Position numbers and translations under genes: made by a program. Source: a virus. Taken from it: a stretch of DNA of 64,000 nt. Positions 17,766 through 28,078 of this stretch are shown piece by piece (position 1 is the first letter of the stretch; every line of letters starts with the position of its first letter). The stretch is from positions 12,233 to 76,232 of the IMG/VR virus record IMGVR_UViG_3300042922_000707; one strand, written 5' to 3'. The notes under the pieces are model-generated. The model saw nothing but the letters and a program-made list of their open reading frames with translations, was not told where the DNA came from and did not search any database.

Positions 17766-19679
17766 TTAATCATTTATAAAATTTTCCCTCACCCAGAGGC
17801 GAGGAAGTTTTCTATCCGTATAATTGAAGGTTGACTGCCCATGCACATTAGGAATCCACTTTCGTGCCGACGTATTTATTAGGGCTTTGGAGCTAAAGTA
17901 ATTATACTCACGTCTCCTTATAACAGCAACACTTGGTAATCGTCTGAAACTCTTTGCCAGTCCTAATAAAGCGTGGCTCTCTACCTCGGACAAGTCAAAT
18001 TGCCTAATTATTCCGTGGGAGTTCAACAAGGTATTTTGCAGAATATATGCCACAGCAGGTAAGTCCAATGGTAACTTAATGTCCAGAGTGGAACTTATTT
18101 CATACTGGCTTGCCCTAAGGATAGTTGCCCCACTTGGTAAATTCACAACCTCTCTGGAAACTGTGGTAGCCGTGGAACTCATATCCGAATGCACTCTTCC
18201 CATAATCCATGCATACCCAGACAACTCAGTTGACTTACCAAGTCGGTAACTACTTAGTAAAGAACCTCCAATTATCTCAGCACTGCCTGGCATAATGGAA
18301 CCTCTCATTTCCCGAAGGACTGCCTGTGAGTGCAATTCATTTTCTAACTTCAAAATTTCCACTTTAGAGTTTAGGTTACTTAAATCAGACGCAATCAAGA
18401 CTGCCCTTGATTCCATTGTAAATGTATTAAGAATATTTACCAAGGATTTCAAACTATTTAATAGGATGTCCGCTCTGCCCTCAAGACTATCCGACATGGT
18501 TTCACTTAGTATGGTTGTAGTGCTATACATTTCACTTGTTATCTTTAAGTTAGCTGTACCTGGTTGATGTGTCGTTGGCTGATAGTAGGTTGAGTGCTTG
18601 TCATTTGAATGTAGCATACTTTTTACCGTGGCACTTGAGTATAAGTCACCCCTAAGCTTGTTGGTAATTATCTTACTTCTCATATTGCTGTAACCATAGT
18701 CGCTTTGTACATGGGCTGTGGATGCAAGATTGTCCTCAAGTTTCTTTATAATTGCACTAGAGTTAAGTACAAACTTGTTCAGTATGTTAATTATGGATGG
18801 AAAGTCGTTAAGTGTCTTTGCTTGAATTATGGCACTACTCATCATATGGTATTCATCTGAAAATGCCATCCAATTTGGGTCACTATATCTAAATCTAATG
18901 CGGGGTGGTAGCTCTGACTCCCTTGAACGTATAAAAAACAGACTGTCACTCTTAACTGCTATGTTAAGCCTTGTCTTTCCTGACTGAATTAGGTTAAGGA
19001 CTATCTGTGCTATGTCAACCGTTATGGCTGTATTGGTCACATCAATTTCCATTAATGGGTCACCCAAGGTCATGGGCGTCAGCCATGTTGCTGAATACTC
19101 ATCCCAACTATTTAGACACTCAATAATTTCAATCTTCCCAAGTCCCTCTACCGCAAGATTTAACATTAGCTCAATGGATTTATTTATCATGCCCTCATTA
19201 ATAAGTATCTGCTTTATAAAGGAAATGTCTATGTCTATATAGGATATGTAACTACCCTCGGGCAGGACACCAGTTATTAAAGTCTCTCTCCCACCATGGT
19301 TTAGGGTAGGTCGGCTTTCCCTTGTGTAAGTGTCCCGTACTGCGGCTAAAATTTCTTCTTGCCTTGGGGCCTGAATAAGGCGGTAGGCAACGTCCAATTC
19401 CGAGGTACCCGCCACCTTCAATGTACTTGCCAGGACATTTTGGTATGGTATTAAAAACCGGGATAGAAAGTCAAAGTCGATTGGCTTAATTACTGCGGTG
19501 CTGTATTTATCTCTTTTAAATGGTATCTTTGCACTACCCTTTAGATTTCTTATCCCATCTCCGTACAGTGCGTTAAATAGAACATCCAATTCATTTCGGT
19601 AGCCAAGTTTCGCAATTCCTTGCCCATCCCCACTACCATGCCCTCTTACCACTGCGGTGGAAGTAATTATTGTATCCAA
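17766..19679 (-). CDS. Tail-associated protein, DNRLRE-like domain plus short degenerate repeats
   Basis: RDTYTRESRPTLNHGG...WDEYSATW; C-terminal LxSxAxI repeats. Confidence 0.55.
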   Translation of the reverse strand: MDTIITSTAVVRGHGSGDGQGIAKLGYRNELDVLFNALYGDGIRNLKGSAKIPFKRDKYSTAVIKPIDFDFLSRFLIPYQNVLASTLKVAGTSELDVAYRLIQAPRQEEILAAVRDTYTRESRPTLNHGGRETLITGVLPEGSYISYIDIDISFIKQILINEGMINKSIELMLNLAVEGLGKIEIIECLNSWDEYSATWLTPMTLGDPLMEIDVTNTAITVDIAQIVLNLIQSGKTRLNIAVKSDSLFFIRSRESELPPRIRFRYSDPNWMAFSDEYHMMSSAIIQAKTLNDFPSIINILNKFVLNSSAIIKKLEDNLASTAHVQSDYGYSNMRSKIITNKLRGDLYSSATVKSMLHSNDKHSTYYQPTTHQPGTANLKITSEMYSTTTILSETMSDSLEGRADILLNSLKSLVNILNTFTMESRAVLIASDLSNLNSKVEILKLENELHSQAVLREMRGSIMPGSAEIIGGSLLSSYRLGKSTELSGYAWIMGRVHSDMSSTATTVSREVVNLPSGATILRASQYEISSTLDIKLPLDLPAVAYILQNTLLNSHGIIRQFDLSEVESHALLGLAKSFRRLPSVAVIRRREYNYFSSKALINTSARKWIPNVHGQSTFNYTDRKLPRLWVRENFIND

Positions 19680-19714
19680 TTCTGTTCACCTCCTGTCCAC
19701 GCAAAACAGACCAT

Positions 19715-21214
19715 TTAAATAGGCCTACTAATTAACTTTACTTGGAATATCTCATTACCAGTGTTTACCATCTGTGGTAAAACCCTAATATAGACAATTC
19801 TCCTCTGACCTGCATTAAGCCTGAACCTAACTGGGTACATTGGAGAAAATGGATTTTCAATAAGGGACATTTCAATTTTAGTTCTGTACTCTGGGATAAT
19901 GGAGTCATCCAAAAGCACATAATTTCCCTGTTGTATTCCAGCTCTACCATCCTTCGTCACACTTAACTCTATATTAAAGTCACCCGTCTCGTAACCACTT
20001 ATAACTTCTACTGCCATCACGTTGGATTGATGACCACCTACCAATGTTCCAAAACTTAAAGGTCGGAGTTTTATTCTATCCGGTGTTGTGTACATGTCAT
20101 AATCTACATTGACATCATCAAATGCCATTCCAGTTTCCAATGAAAGCATGTAGACTTGTGTATCAACATCTAAACTCTTTTTGAACCCCTCTTCCGGTGT
20201 TGCAATTTCCAATAACTCTGACACCGTTGCTGTTATATCCGCAAAGCTAACAGAAATCCTCTTAAGCAGTGGCTCGTTCTCACGTTCATTGTGAATCCCA
20301 CACAGTAGTATAAATTTACTTAAGTACAGGTCATTAGAAAGTTCCCCCCATTGTGCTTCTGTTATTTTCTGGAGTGTGGAACTGTTCATACCTGAGTTGA
20401 GTATTTCCTGCTTTGGTACAGTAACCCACTGCCCATCCGCATAAGATTTGCACACAATGCCATCCAATGATACTAGGAATCTTACTCTCGACTTAGTCAG
20501 TACCGACTGAGATATCACTGGTGCTTGCTCCATTGCCGTGTAGGTTATTAGCGTTGGAGACTCAAGTAATTTGTATGGTTGGAATAATGGAACAGTGAGT
20601 GACAATTTTGGAGCATTGACAGTGTCCTCCCATGCAATTAGGTCAAAGGTACTGCCCAACTCTTTCCATCTGTCTTCGGGTATCACGGACAGGTCCAGTA
20701 CCCCAAACTGAAGGAAATCCTGCCTAACCAATGGCTCAGCAAGTCCAGTGTCAACCCATTCTCCATATGCAAAGCTGTAAATTATTCCATTATACTTTAT
20801 TAAAAATTCCGCCATGGGCATGTAGTTGGATAAATCATATTCAACCTCCAACCCATCCCCATTTACAGTGACTGTATATGCCACCTTATAGTCTATTCCG
20901 TTCCGTGACATTTGAATAGTATAAGGCTTGCCACCCGTGGTGTTAGGCCAATTGGTAAGTCTTATCATTTTAGTCCGGTCTGGAATTTTAAATATGTAGT
21001 AGGCAGTGCCAGTTGATGCTCCATAGTAGGGCACTAACAGGGATTCCCCAGAAAACAGATAATCATAATTTATGTCCTCCACTCTTGCCGTCATATTATC
21101 GTCCACTATTATGCTTCTATCCACCATTATTTGGGCACCATATCTATCATAAAATTTTATTAAAGACATAAAACCCATCATACCGCCTGCATTTGCTAAA
21201 AGTTTTAAATGCAC
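19715..21214 (-). CDS. Tail-associated structural protein
   Basis: Tail cluster; GAGGTGA RBS before GTG at 21214. Confidence 0.6.
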   Translation of the reverse strand: MHLKLLANAGGMMGFMSLIKFYDRYGAQIMVDRSIIVDDNMTARVEDINYDYLFSGESLLVPYYGASTGTAYYIFKIPDRTKMIRLTNWPNTTGGKPYTIQMSRNGIDYKVAYTVTVNGDGLEVEYDLSNYMPMAEFLIKYNGIIYSFAYGEWVDTGLAEPLVRQDFLQFGVLDLSVIPEDRWKELGSTFDLIAWEDTVNAPKLSLTVPLFQPYKLLESPTLITYTAMEQAPVISQSVLTKSRVRFLVSLDGIVCKSYADGQWVTVPKQEILNSGMNSSTLQKITEAQWGELSNDLYLSKFILLCGIHNERENEPLLKRISVSFADITATVSELLEIATPEEGFKKSLDVDTQVYMLSLETGMAFDDVNVDYDMYTTPDRIKLRPLSFGTLVGGHQSNVMAVEVISGYETGDFNIELSVTKDGRAGIQQGNYVLLDDSIIPEYRTKIEMSLIENPFSPMYPVRFRLNAGQRRIVYIRVLPQMVNTGNEIFQVKLISRPI

Positions 21215-21233
21215 CTTGCTCACCTCATTCCAT

Positions 21234-21983
21234 TTACAGTATACCTTTAATTTCACCATATTTACCCGTATCCAGGGTTAACTTATACAATGCACCTTCT
21301 GATAAATCCTCTGACTTTGGCATTGCCAACACCAATGCATCTGTACTATTAATCAAGTCAAATAATGAAACGCCGTATTGAATAAAATTTGCCTCCGTTA
21401 ACTCTACTTCAATGAACTCTTTATTCTTATATGTATAGTATTTACCATTTGAGATAACTAAGTGAGTACCTGTTCCATATGGAGAGTACCCGTCTGGAAT
21501 CCCATATAGAAATTCAGAGTCCCCAAAATTCACGTTACACTGATTACCGGAAGTACTTGAACCACTTGATACCGCGGGATATACCAATCCCATGCTGATA
21601 ATGTCCGAGTGAGAAACACCAACCAGCACTCCATTTTTGTAAAAGGACAGCGTGCCAATATCTAAATCTATTGCCACCCCAATAACGTCGTTCACACCAA
21701 AAGTGGGACCATAACTTAGGGCTCCAGGATACTTAGGTCCTGTATTATAGTAATATCTAGTATTAGAGGTTGTGTAGCTAGATGCATTCAAATTTGCCAA
21801 AGCATTCACAATACCAACCATTGCTGAGGAAAGTTGGACAAAGCTAATCTCCCAATACCACTTACCACTGCTTTTACCCTTATTGGCACGAACTGTACTG
21901 TTGTAATTAGGTATTACAGCAGTAAGGTCTTTATTACTCAATGATGCTCCACTACCTTTATTAATAGGGTCCCAGGTAATCAT
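21234..21983 (-). CDS. SPRY/B30.2-domain tail-associated protein
   Basis: SGKWYWEI...VGI...DVIGVAIDLDIGTLSFYKNG...VYPAVS...VNFG. Confidence 0.88.
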   Translation of the reverse strand: MITWDPINKGSGASLSNKDLTAVIPNYNSTVRANKGKSSGKWYWEISFVQLSSAMVGIVNALANLNASSYTTSNTRYYYNTGPKYPGALSYGPTFGVNDVIGVAIDLDIGTLSFYKNGVLVGVSHSDIISMGLVYPAVSSGSSTSGNQCNVNFGDSEFLYGIPDGYSPYGTGTHLVISNGKYYTYKNKEFIEVELTEANFIQYGVSLFDLINSTDALVLAMPKSEDLSEGALYKLTLDTGKYGEIKGIL

Positions 21984-23053
21984 ATCGGTGTAACCTCCAA
22001 TCTTTGAATTGACTCATATTCGGTTAGGAGTCTACTCGTGTACAATTTTCCAGCACCTAGGTCCTGTATGTAAAGCATTTCTTCGTCAAACTCCGTTATG
22101 CTTGAGTACTGCAATTTGGATGATATTAATCTAAGTTCTGCCACTCTGACATAGTTCGCAGTTCCATGCTTTTCCACTATAAGTATCCGGTAGTATAAGT
22201 AAGAGCCGGGAGTTTTTATTTCATATGCCTCCCATACATTTGTAACCGGTATTGGAATATCTATCCGGATGTCCAAAGTATCCCAAACCAACCCATCCTT
22301 GGAGCCTTCAAATCTCCATGACCTGGGTGCCTGATTAGCAGTAACGGGCCCCCTCAACCTGTACTCCTCTACGTGTTGCGGATAGGGAAGTTTAACTTGT
22401 AGCCATTGTGGTGCCACCCACGACGTAGAACTAGATACCCAAGCATCCGCATCAATCGCGTTGAGCCCGTTGAAGGCCTTCCAGGCCGAATAAGTCACAT
22501 TGTAGACACTGCTTGCACTGGCTTCAAATCCATCCTGAATATTGGACAGCATTGTTGGTATTATAGATATACCATCAATTGGCTCCGTTATGCCAATACT
22601 CTTTATATTACTGCGTGAGGCGGTTGGAATTTCTATTTCAAGCTCTGCATCCCAAGAACCCACTACCAATAATCCTTCCCCATACGTTACTGCAATGTTT
22701 TCATTTGACATGTAGTCCTCTTTAAAATCAAACTGCCTATGGAAGACTGGTGTACCTGTGTCCTCTTTTGCAATGGGGTACTCAAAGAATACATTAGCAC
22801 TGTCTTCAGAATCTATTTCAAGCCTAACTAAATTGTCACCAATATTCAAGTAATCCAGTGGTATGATTGCACTTATATTAAGCGGTGGTTCCTGGAATTC
22901 ATTTGAACTTTGGAACTCCACACTATTTATCAGTATACGGTACTTTATTCCTACCCCAACGGTGCCACTGGCTATAGAGCTAAATTCTATTCCATCAGTA
23001 TCCATGTACCATGTATTTGTCTTTGAGAAATGCACGCTTACTATAGTAGCCAT
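21980..23053 (-). CDS. Discoidin (F5/8 type C) domain tail-associated protein
   Basis: ASASS...AWKAFNG...PQWLQV...PRSWRFEGSKDG..W..LD...YLYYRI. Confidence 0.85.
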   Translation of the reverse strand: MATIVSVHFSKTNTWYMDTDGIEFSSIASGTVGVGIKYRILINSVEFQSSNEFQEPPLNISAIIPLDYLNIGDNLVRLEIDSEDSANVFFEYPIAKEDTGTPVFHRQFDFKEDYMSNENIAVTYGEGLLVVGSWDAELEIEIPTASRSNIKSIGITEPIDGISIIPTMLSNIQDGFEASASSVYNVTYSAWKAFNGLNAIDADAWVSSSTSWVAPQWLQVKLPYPQHVEEYRLRGPVTANQAPRSWRFEGSKDGLVWDTLDIRIDIPIPVTNVWEAYEIKTPGSYLYYRILIVEKHGTANYVRVAELRLISSKLQYSSITEFDEEMLYIQDLGAGKLYTSRLLTEYESIQRLEVTPI

Positions 23054-23070
23054 TTATTCTACCTCCTTCC

Positions 23071-24096
23071 TCAACTGAGTGTTACTTCAATTTCATATAT
23101 ATAATTGGTACTGGGTGAAACTGTTTCGTCCATAAATGACATAATCCCGTCGTCTTGCGTTTCAAAAATTACTACCCCATCTCTCTTCAGCACAAGCCCT
23201 CGAAAGAACTCATCCGTCAAAATAGGTAACCAATTTAAGGAAACAACTTTATGTGCATGTATTTTCTCCGGAAGTAGGAGTCTGGTAGGCACCCACTCCA
23301 CTAAGTGAGAGATGATGTTCACTAAAAACTCGTTGCCCCACAAAGCAATTCCATGCGTCCCATACATATCGGATACATCAAACTCCAATATACTTGCCTC
23401 AGTGAACTCAATAGTTCTCGGTGTGGCTATGTTAGGGCAATTAGCATAAGTTACTGTATCCAAGTCCCATGGCTGTGTTATCTTACCCACTCTTACACTT
23501 CCGGCTGACTGCAACTGTGCCAAGCTAAGTTTCATTAAAAGCTGTTCAAGGTACCCACTTCCCATTATAGTTGGCCTCCACAGTAAAATCGCTGTGCTGT
23601 GCAAACGCAATGGCTGTCCATTGAAGTTATCATTTGGATAGTTGGGGTCAACTATAACTGCTTCCTGCCCTGTAGGAGCAATTTCTCTGTATGGAAATAA
23701 TGCACTGCTGACATCGATGTCTATTGCATTAAAATAGTAGGCGCCTGTTCCATCCCCAGATATCACTACACTATGCTCCCCATAGGGTAGGTTCAGTAAC
23801 TCGTAATCCAGTGCAGTCTCAACAAGCACCGGGCCTGCCTGTGTAAATGTGTCAATTAATATTCCATCTATGGTGACATTATTTATACATCTATTGGGGG
23901 AACGTCTACCAATTAGCCTTAGCTTGTCACCAACAAAATTAAACTTAACAGAAATTGCATTTGTCATATTAGCAACGTAGTAACACCCAAATCCAGATGT
24001 AAAGGTTGCTCCTTCATAGCTTATCAGTTTATCAGTTTCTTGATATCTCTTCCATCCGGCTTCCGGATTTGGTAGAGACTGCCCAATTACTGCCAT
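23071..24096 (-). CDS. Tail-associated beta-sandwich protein
   Basis: IGQSLPNPEAGWKRY N-terminus, jelly-roll-like domain, FnIII-like C-terminus. Confidence 0.55.
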   Translation of the reverse strand: MAVIGQSLPNPEAGWKRYQETDKLISYEGATFTSGFGCYYVANMTNAISVKFNFVGDKLRLIGRRSPNRCINNVTIDGILIDTFTQAGPVLVETALDYELLNLPYGEHSVVISGDGTGAYYFNAIDIDVSSALFPYREIAPTGQEAVIVDPNYPNDNFNGQPLRLHSTAILLWRPTIMGSGYLEQLLMKLSLAQLQSAGSVRVGKITQPWDLDTVTYANCPNIATPRTIEFTEASILEFDVSDMYGTHGIALWGNEFLVNIISHLVEWVPTRLLLPEKIHAHKVVSLNWLPILTDEFFRGLVLKRDGVVIFETQDDGIMSFMDETVSPSTNYIYEIEVTLS

Positions 24097-24109
24097 GTAC
24101 TCACCCCAC

Positions 24110-24853
24110 TTATCCTATCACATTCAAGACTCTTTTAGTCTGCATTGGGCTATTCTCAGTTAATTTAACTGGTATGGATGATACCTTGCCTCCATATGAT
24201 AAAAATATCTTACCTGAAATGCCCTTATTGCATCTTATAATTAAATCCAGCATTACACACCTGTTCATCAAGTCATACACAATTTCATACTTTAAATTAA
24301 ATTCTAAGTCTTTGTGTTTGTGCTCTTTTGTGTACCCAATAACATAATTAAGCGTCTTTTCATTTTTATTGACTGGCTTGCTTCCCCTCATCCTTATTTC
24401 TGAGAGCCCATTCGCATATTGGATTATGTTATTATAAGGGGGCTGTTCCTTGAATTCAATTGCCTGTCCCTCATACTCAAATCCTGCAAACAGAATTTCC
24501 CCATTTACATTAAAAATACCCGACTGGTCAAACTCTATAAAGTAGTAGACAGTTTTATCCTTTAGCATAATCTTGTCATAAAGTTCTAAAGACTCTTTAT
24601 CCAATTTAAAAAATCCATTCTTTTTGTCAAATATAAACTTCAGCTGTGCCTTGTCATCCAATGACTGTATCTGCTGTAGGTCCAAGTTAGTGAATCGGAT
24701 AATTCCACTGTCGCTAGAAAATGGTACTGCTATACTACCACCAGACTCTGTAATTCTAAATTTTTCCACATTCTGAATGTCAAGCATGCCAAAATGTATC
24801 TCTTCCGATTCCTTAATAACTGTACCATCTTTCATATGTGCTACCCAATTCAC
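24110..24853 (-). CDS. Hypothetical tail-cluster protein
   Basis: GGGAGGT RBS; tail cluster. Confidence 0.6.
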   Translation of the reverse strand: MNWVAHMKDGTVIKESEEIHFGMLDIQNVEKFRITESGGSIAVPFSSDSGIIRFTNLDLQQIQSLDDKAQLKFIFDKKNGFFKLDKESLELYDKIMLKDKTVYYFIEFDQSGIFNVNGEILFAGFEYEGQAIEFKEQPPYNNIIQYANGLSEIRMRGSKPVNKNEKTLNYVIGYTKEHKHKDLEFNLKYEIVYDLMNRCVMLDLIIRCNKGISGKIFLSYGGKVSSIPVKLTENSPMQTKRVLNVIG

Positions 24854-24867
24854 TAACAGCACCTCCC

Positions 24868-25401
24868 TTATTGATATTGGTAACTTATTCTAGTCAACCA
24901 ATCCACCTGTCCTGCACCGGCAGTAGGCTTTGCGTATAACTTTAATTTTATTTTAGCATAGTTTCCTTTGTCTGTGTTAACATTTCCTGTGTTGGCTTGC
25001 CCTAAAATTGTACGCTGGTCACCTGCACAAGAAATCACTGGGCAGGCATCATCGTGTCTTAATGACCTCCAATAGTCACCTTCCCAAAGTCCAGTCGTGT
25101 CATTAATAGCTCCCCACTGTCCTGCACCCGCTAATTTTGCACTGTCAAAGAATTGGGCAGACACAATTGCCTCTGTTTGACCCGCTACCCTTAAGTCCGT
25201 TGTCTGACCATTTATATCCCTTACAGTCAAATCAACATTTATCATGTCTGCTACAGCTGATGCTCCTGCTCTGTTGTTCCATACGTGGAATACGGTAGGT
25301 ATACTATCACTACCTGCATCTACAACCCCGGCGTCCCATTGTGCCTGTTGGGCAGTTTCTGCTTCATTCCACCATTGTACGATTGGTGGTAAAGATGCCA
25401 T
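24868..25401 (-). CDS. Virion structural protein (beta-rich)
   Basis: DAGVVDAG...VWNNR; AAGGAGG RBS. Confidence 0.6.
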   Translation of the reverse strand: MASLPPIVQWWNEAETAQQAQWDAGVVDAGSDSIPTVFHVWNNRAGASAVADMINVDLTVRDINGQTTDLRVAGQTEAIVSAQFFDSAKLAGAGQWGAINDTTGLWEGDYWRSLRHDDACPVISCAGDQRTILGQANTGNVNTDKGNYAKIKLKLYAKPTAGAGQVDWLTRISYQYQ

Positions 25402-25415
25402 ATTACATTCCTCCT

Positions 25416-26294
25416 TTATTCGATAACATAAATTTGTAATTCAAAAGTTGTGTCATTTCCATTGTTGCTTATTTCTATATAAATGGAGTTGCTACCTGAT
25501 TCATCAATGAATGGTATGTCCATTATATCCCACAAAATACTGTCCACTAATCCAGATGCATAAACCCACTTACCACCAGAATCTTTTGTTTTAATCTTTA
25601 ATTCAAACTGCCCTACATAGCCATCTGATGGTGTTAACCTAATGCCCTTTATCATCCCCATTGGAACAAATTGTAACCAACCAACATAGGAACCTGCATT
25701 TGCAACAAATTGGGTACCATTTACCTCAGTCAATGAAGTGTTTGCACTTGCTGTCCTAAATACAATTCCAAGTTCATTGTCGGACACAGTAGCAACCTTA
25801 CCGGACATACCGCTGTAGTTATTGGGTACGTCTTTTAGCTGTGTAAACTTTATAATTCCATCATGTACTACACTTCCAAACGTTTCGCTAGTTAGCGTAC
25901 CCCCTAAAATTACAAACACCTTATCGCCCGAATTAAGAGGGTAGTTGAACGTAAGCGTCGTCTCTGTTGACTGAATGTAATCCTCTTCAATGCCCTCAAA
26001 AACAAACATTCCATTCTTTATGACAAGCAATTTATCCAGTACTGGGTTGTAGGAAAAGTCGGTAAGCATTATAGTTGTCTGACCTTGAGTTATAGTTGGG
26101 AAATATTCAAATACTAAGTTACTCCCCATTGCCCTAATTTCATCCAATACGTCCGGTAGTGGCTTTTTATCCAGAAACCTGTATATGGCATCCATTGGGT
26201 GTTGTTCTGCCGCAGTTCTTCCAAACAGTCTACGATGGTCGCCGTCTATTAAATTTGTCTGCTTCTGGGACATTCTTAAATTACTGCCACCCAT
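25416..26294 (-). CDS. Tail fibre-related protein
   Basis: AEQHPMDAI and FTQLKDVPNNYSG repeats typical of phage fibres. Confidence 0.6.
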   Translation of the reverse strand: MGGSNLRMSQKQTNLIDGDHRRLFGRTAAEQHPMDAIYRFLDKKPLPDVLDEIRAMGSNLVFEYFPTITQGQTTIMLTDFSYNPVLDKLLVIKNGMFVFEGIEEDYIQSTETTLTFNYPLNSGDKVFVILGGTLTSETFGSVVHDGIIKFTQLKDVPNNYSGMSGKVATVSDNELGIVFRTASANTSLTEVNGTQFVANAGSYVGWLQFVPMGMIKGIRLTPSDGYVGQFELKIKTKDSGGKWVYASGLVDSILWDIMDIPFIDESGSNSIYIEISNNGNDTTFELQIYVIE

Positions 26295-26308
26295 TAAATC
26301 ACCCCCTA

Positions 26309-27421
26309 CTAATCATTCATTACAATTAAAGCAAATCTGTATGGGTCTACAGACGCAGTTAAATGATTTGTGTCACGTGTTACTTTAACCCAAAAGTATT
26401 TGGACTCTCCATTGGGTAGGTCACCCAATTCCACAGGACTTGCAAATGTACCCGCCACACCGGCTACATCCTCGGCAAGCGTAACCCACTGGTAGCCAAA
26501 ATTGGCATCATATTGTACTGCACCCACAGATATATTATGGAAGGTGTTTGGCGTACTGTTATGAATTCTGAATTTCTGTAGTATGTTACCATTGGACATT
26601 GTACCAAGAGATATATCTTGAGTAGGCAACAGAAACTCCTCACCCTCATCTGTTATACGATAGACATCAAGAACATCTCCGTAATAGTATATATCACCCT
26701 GCTGTACTTGTATTGCAGTATATAGCAATTCCTCACCCAGTGCATTAACGATTCTTAAGTTAGCATCAAAAGGACCCAGGTAATTTGTCAAGTCCAATTT
26801 TGCACCATTCTCAGCCCCTACAGTTACCTCCTCCAGCAACTCAGCTGTACTAGAAAACAACTGTACAACATAACCCGTGTTAAGATTCGTTACTTGTAGG
26901 TACTTATTTCTGAATATCTTTACATAGTCTACGTCAAATGGAACACTTTCATCTTCCAAAGGCCCGTTTATAACTAAGCCTATCTTACCCGCTCCAACCA
27001 TTTTTATAGTTCCAATTAAAGTCCATGTCTCACCATCCTGGCTACCATACCCCGTATAGGAAAGTCCAACTTTTTCAAGTCTCATATAGGGGTAAGTCAT
27101 TGCAGTATCCTGGCTTGTGTCGTACCATTCAAGTAGTTCCACGTAGTCATCCATACTTTTCCATGCAACTATGCCGGAAAAATCCGATTCCAATACGGGT
27201 AGGTAGCTGTTTGATATCTCAAATACAAAGTCTGTATCCGGTGTATCCAACAGCACTAAAAACGTATCCGCCCCATGCTTAAGTCTTAGGAATCCGGGTC
27301 TTTCCGTTAAGGAGTATCTTTCTGGGTCGGAGGAGGATAAAGTATATTCCATTCCTAATGATGTTGAATTAAAGTCATCCATAAACATCAGTCCATTTAG
27401 TACTTTATTAAGTTTGGGCAT
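26309..27421 (-). CDS. ConA/LamG-like cell-adhesion tail protein
   Basis: DDFNS...RYSLTERPGFLRL...YMRLEK.G..YTGYGSQDGETW. Confidence 0.7.
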   Translation of the reverse strand: MPKLNKVLNGLMFMDDFNSTSLGMEYTLSSSDPERYSLTERPGFLRLKHGADTFLVLLDTPDTDFVFEISNSYLPVLESDFSGIVAWKSMDDYVELLEWYDTSQDTAMTYPYMRLEKVGLSYTGYGSQDGETWTLIGTIKMVGAGKIGLVINGPLEDESVPFDVDYVKIFRNKYLQVTNLNTGYVVQLFSSTAELLEEVTVGAENGAKLDLTNYLGPFDANLRIVNALGEELLYTAIQVQQGDIYYYGDVLDVYRITDEGEEFLLPTQDISLGTMSNGNILQKFRIHNSTPNTFHNISVGAVQYDANFGYQWVTLAEDVAGVAGTFASPVELGDLPNGESKYFWVKVTRDTNHLTASVDPYRFALIVMND

Positions 27422-27448
27422 ATTATCTCTCCTCTCTGTTTATATTTT

Positions 27449-27754
27449 CTATGAAAGTATTTTAAAGTGTTGTTCCATATTGACTGTTCTGTTTAGGTGA
27501 ATCATGGAAAGTGGGTGTCCTTCATCCATCAACTCTCTGACTTTACCAACTGCTTCTTCCAGTGAGTCAGTTTCTAAAACATTTCTCCAGTGCTCTTTTC
27601 CTGTACCATTCATTGTATTATAGGTACCATCTACTCTTTCTGACGTGTAAACGGTGCCACCAAAATAGGTGTAAACCGTCTCGTCGCCACTTGTGTCAAC
27701 AAAATGTGTTCTCAAATATACTGCAAACTGTTTTACCTTTCTATGTGCTGGCAT
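27449..27754 (-). CDS. Hypothetical protein, paralog of 27769..28077
   Basis: Shared RxVKxFxVY, YxGG, GxGxEHW, DS..xA, GH motifs. Confidence 0.75.
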   Translation of the reverse strand: MPAHRKVKQFAVYLRTHFVDTSGDETVYTYFGGTVYTSERVDGTYNTMNGTGKEHWRNVLETDSLEEAVGKVRELMDEGHPLSMIHLNRTVNMEQHFKILS

Positions 27755-27768
27755 ACTGTATCCCTCCT

Positions 27769-28077
27769 TTATACCATAATTTCAAAATTCTCATCCAATT
27801 GTACTCTTTGTTCCAACTTAATACGCTGGAATGTATGTCCCAATGCAACCTGCTTTTTAACTTCCCTAATTGCATCAACAATTGAGTCAATTTCTGCTAC
27901 TAATTTCCAATGCTCCGAGCCAACACCAACCATTTTATTGGAATAGGGCGCTCCTGGCATGGAGTCCATTATGTCACCGCCATAGTAAAAGAAATTTTCC
28001 TCTCCACCAGACTCTACAGTGTAGTTCATTTGAACGTATACACCAAAATTCTTTACTCTTCTGTAATCAACTGGCAT
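27769..28077 (-). CDS. Hypothetical protein, paralog of 27449..27754
   Basis: Same shared motifs. Confidence 0.75.
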   Translation of the reverse strand: MPVDYRRVKNFGVYVQMNYTVESGGEENFFYYGGDIMDSMPGAPYSNKMVGVGSEHWKLVAEIDSIVDAIREVKKQVALGHTFQRIKLEQRVQLDENFEIMV

Positions 28078-28078
28078 A

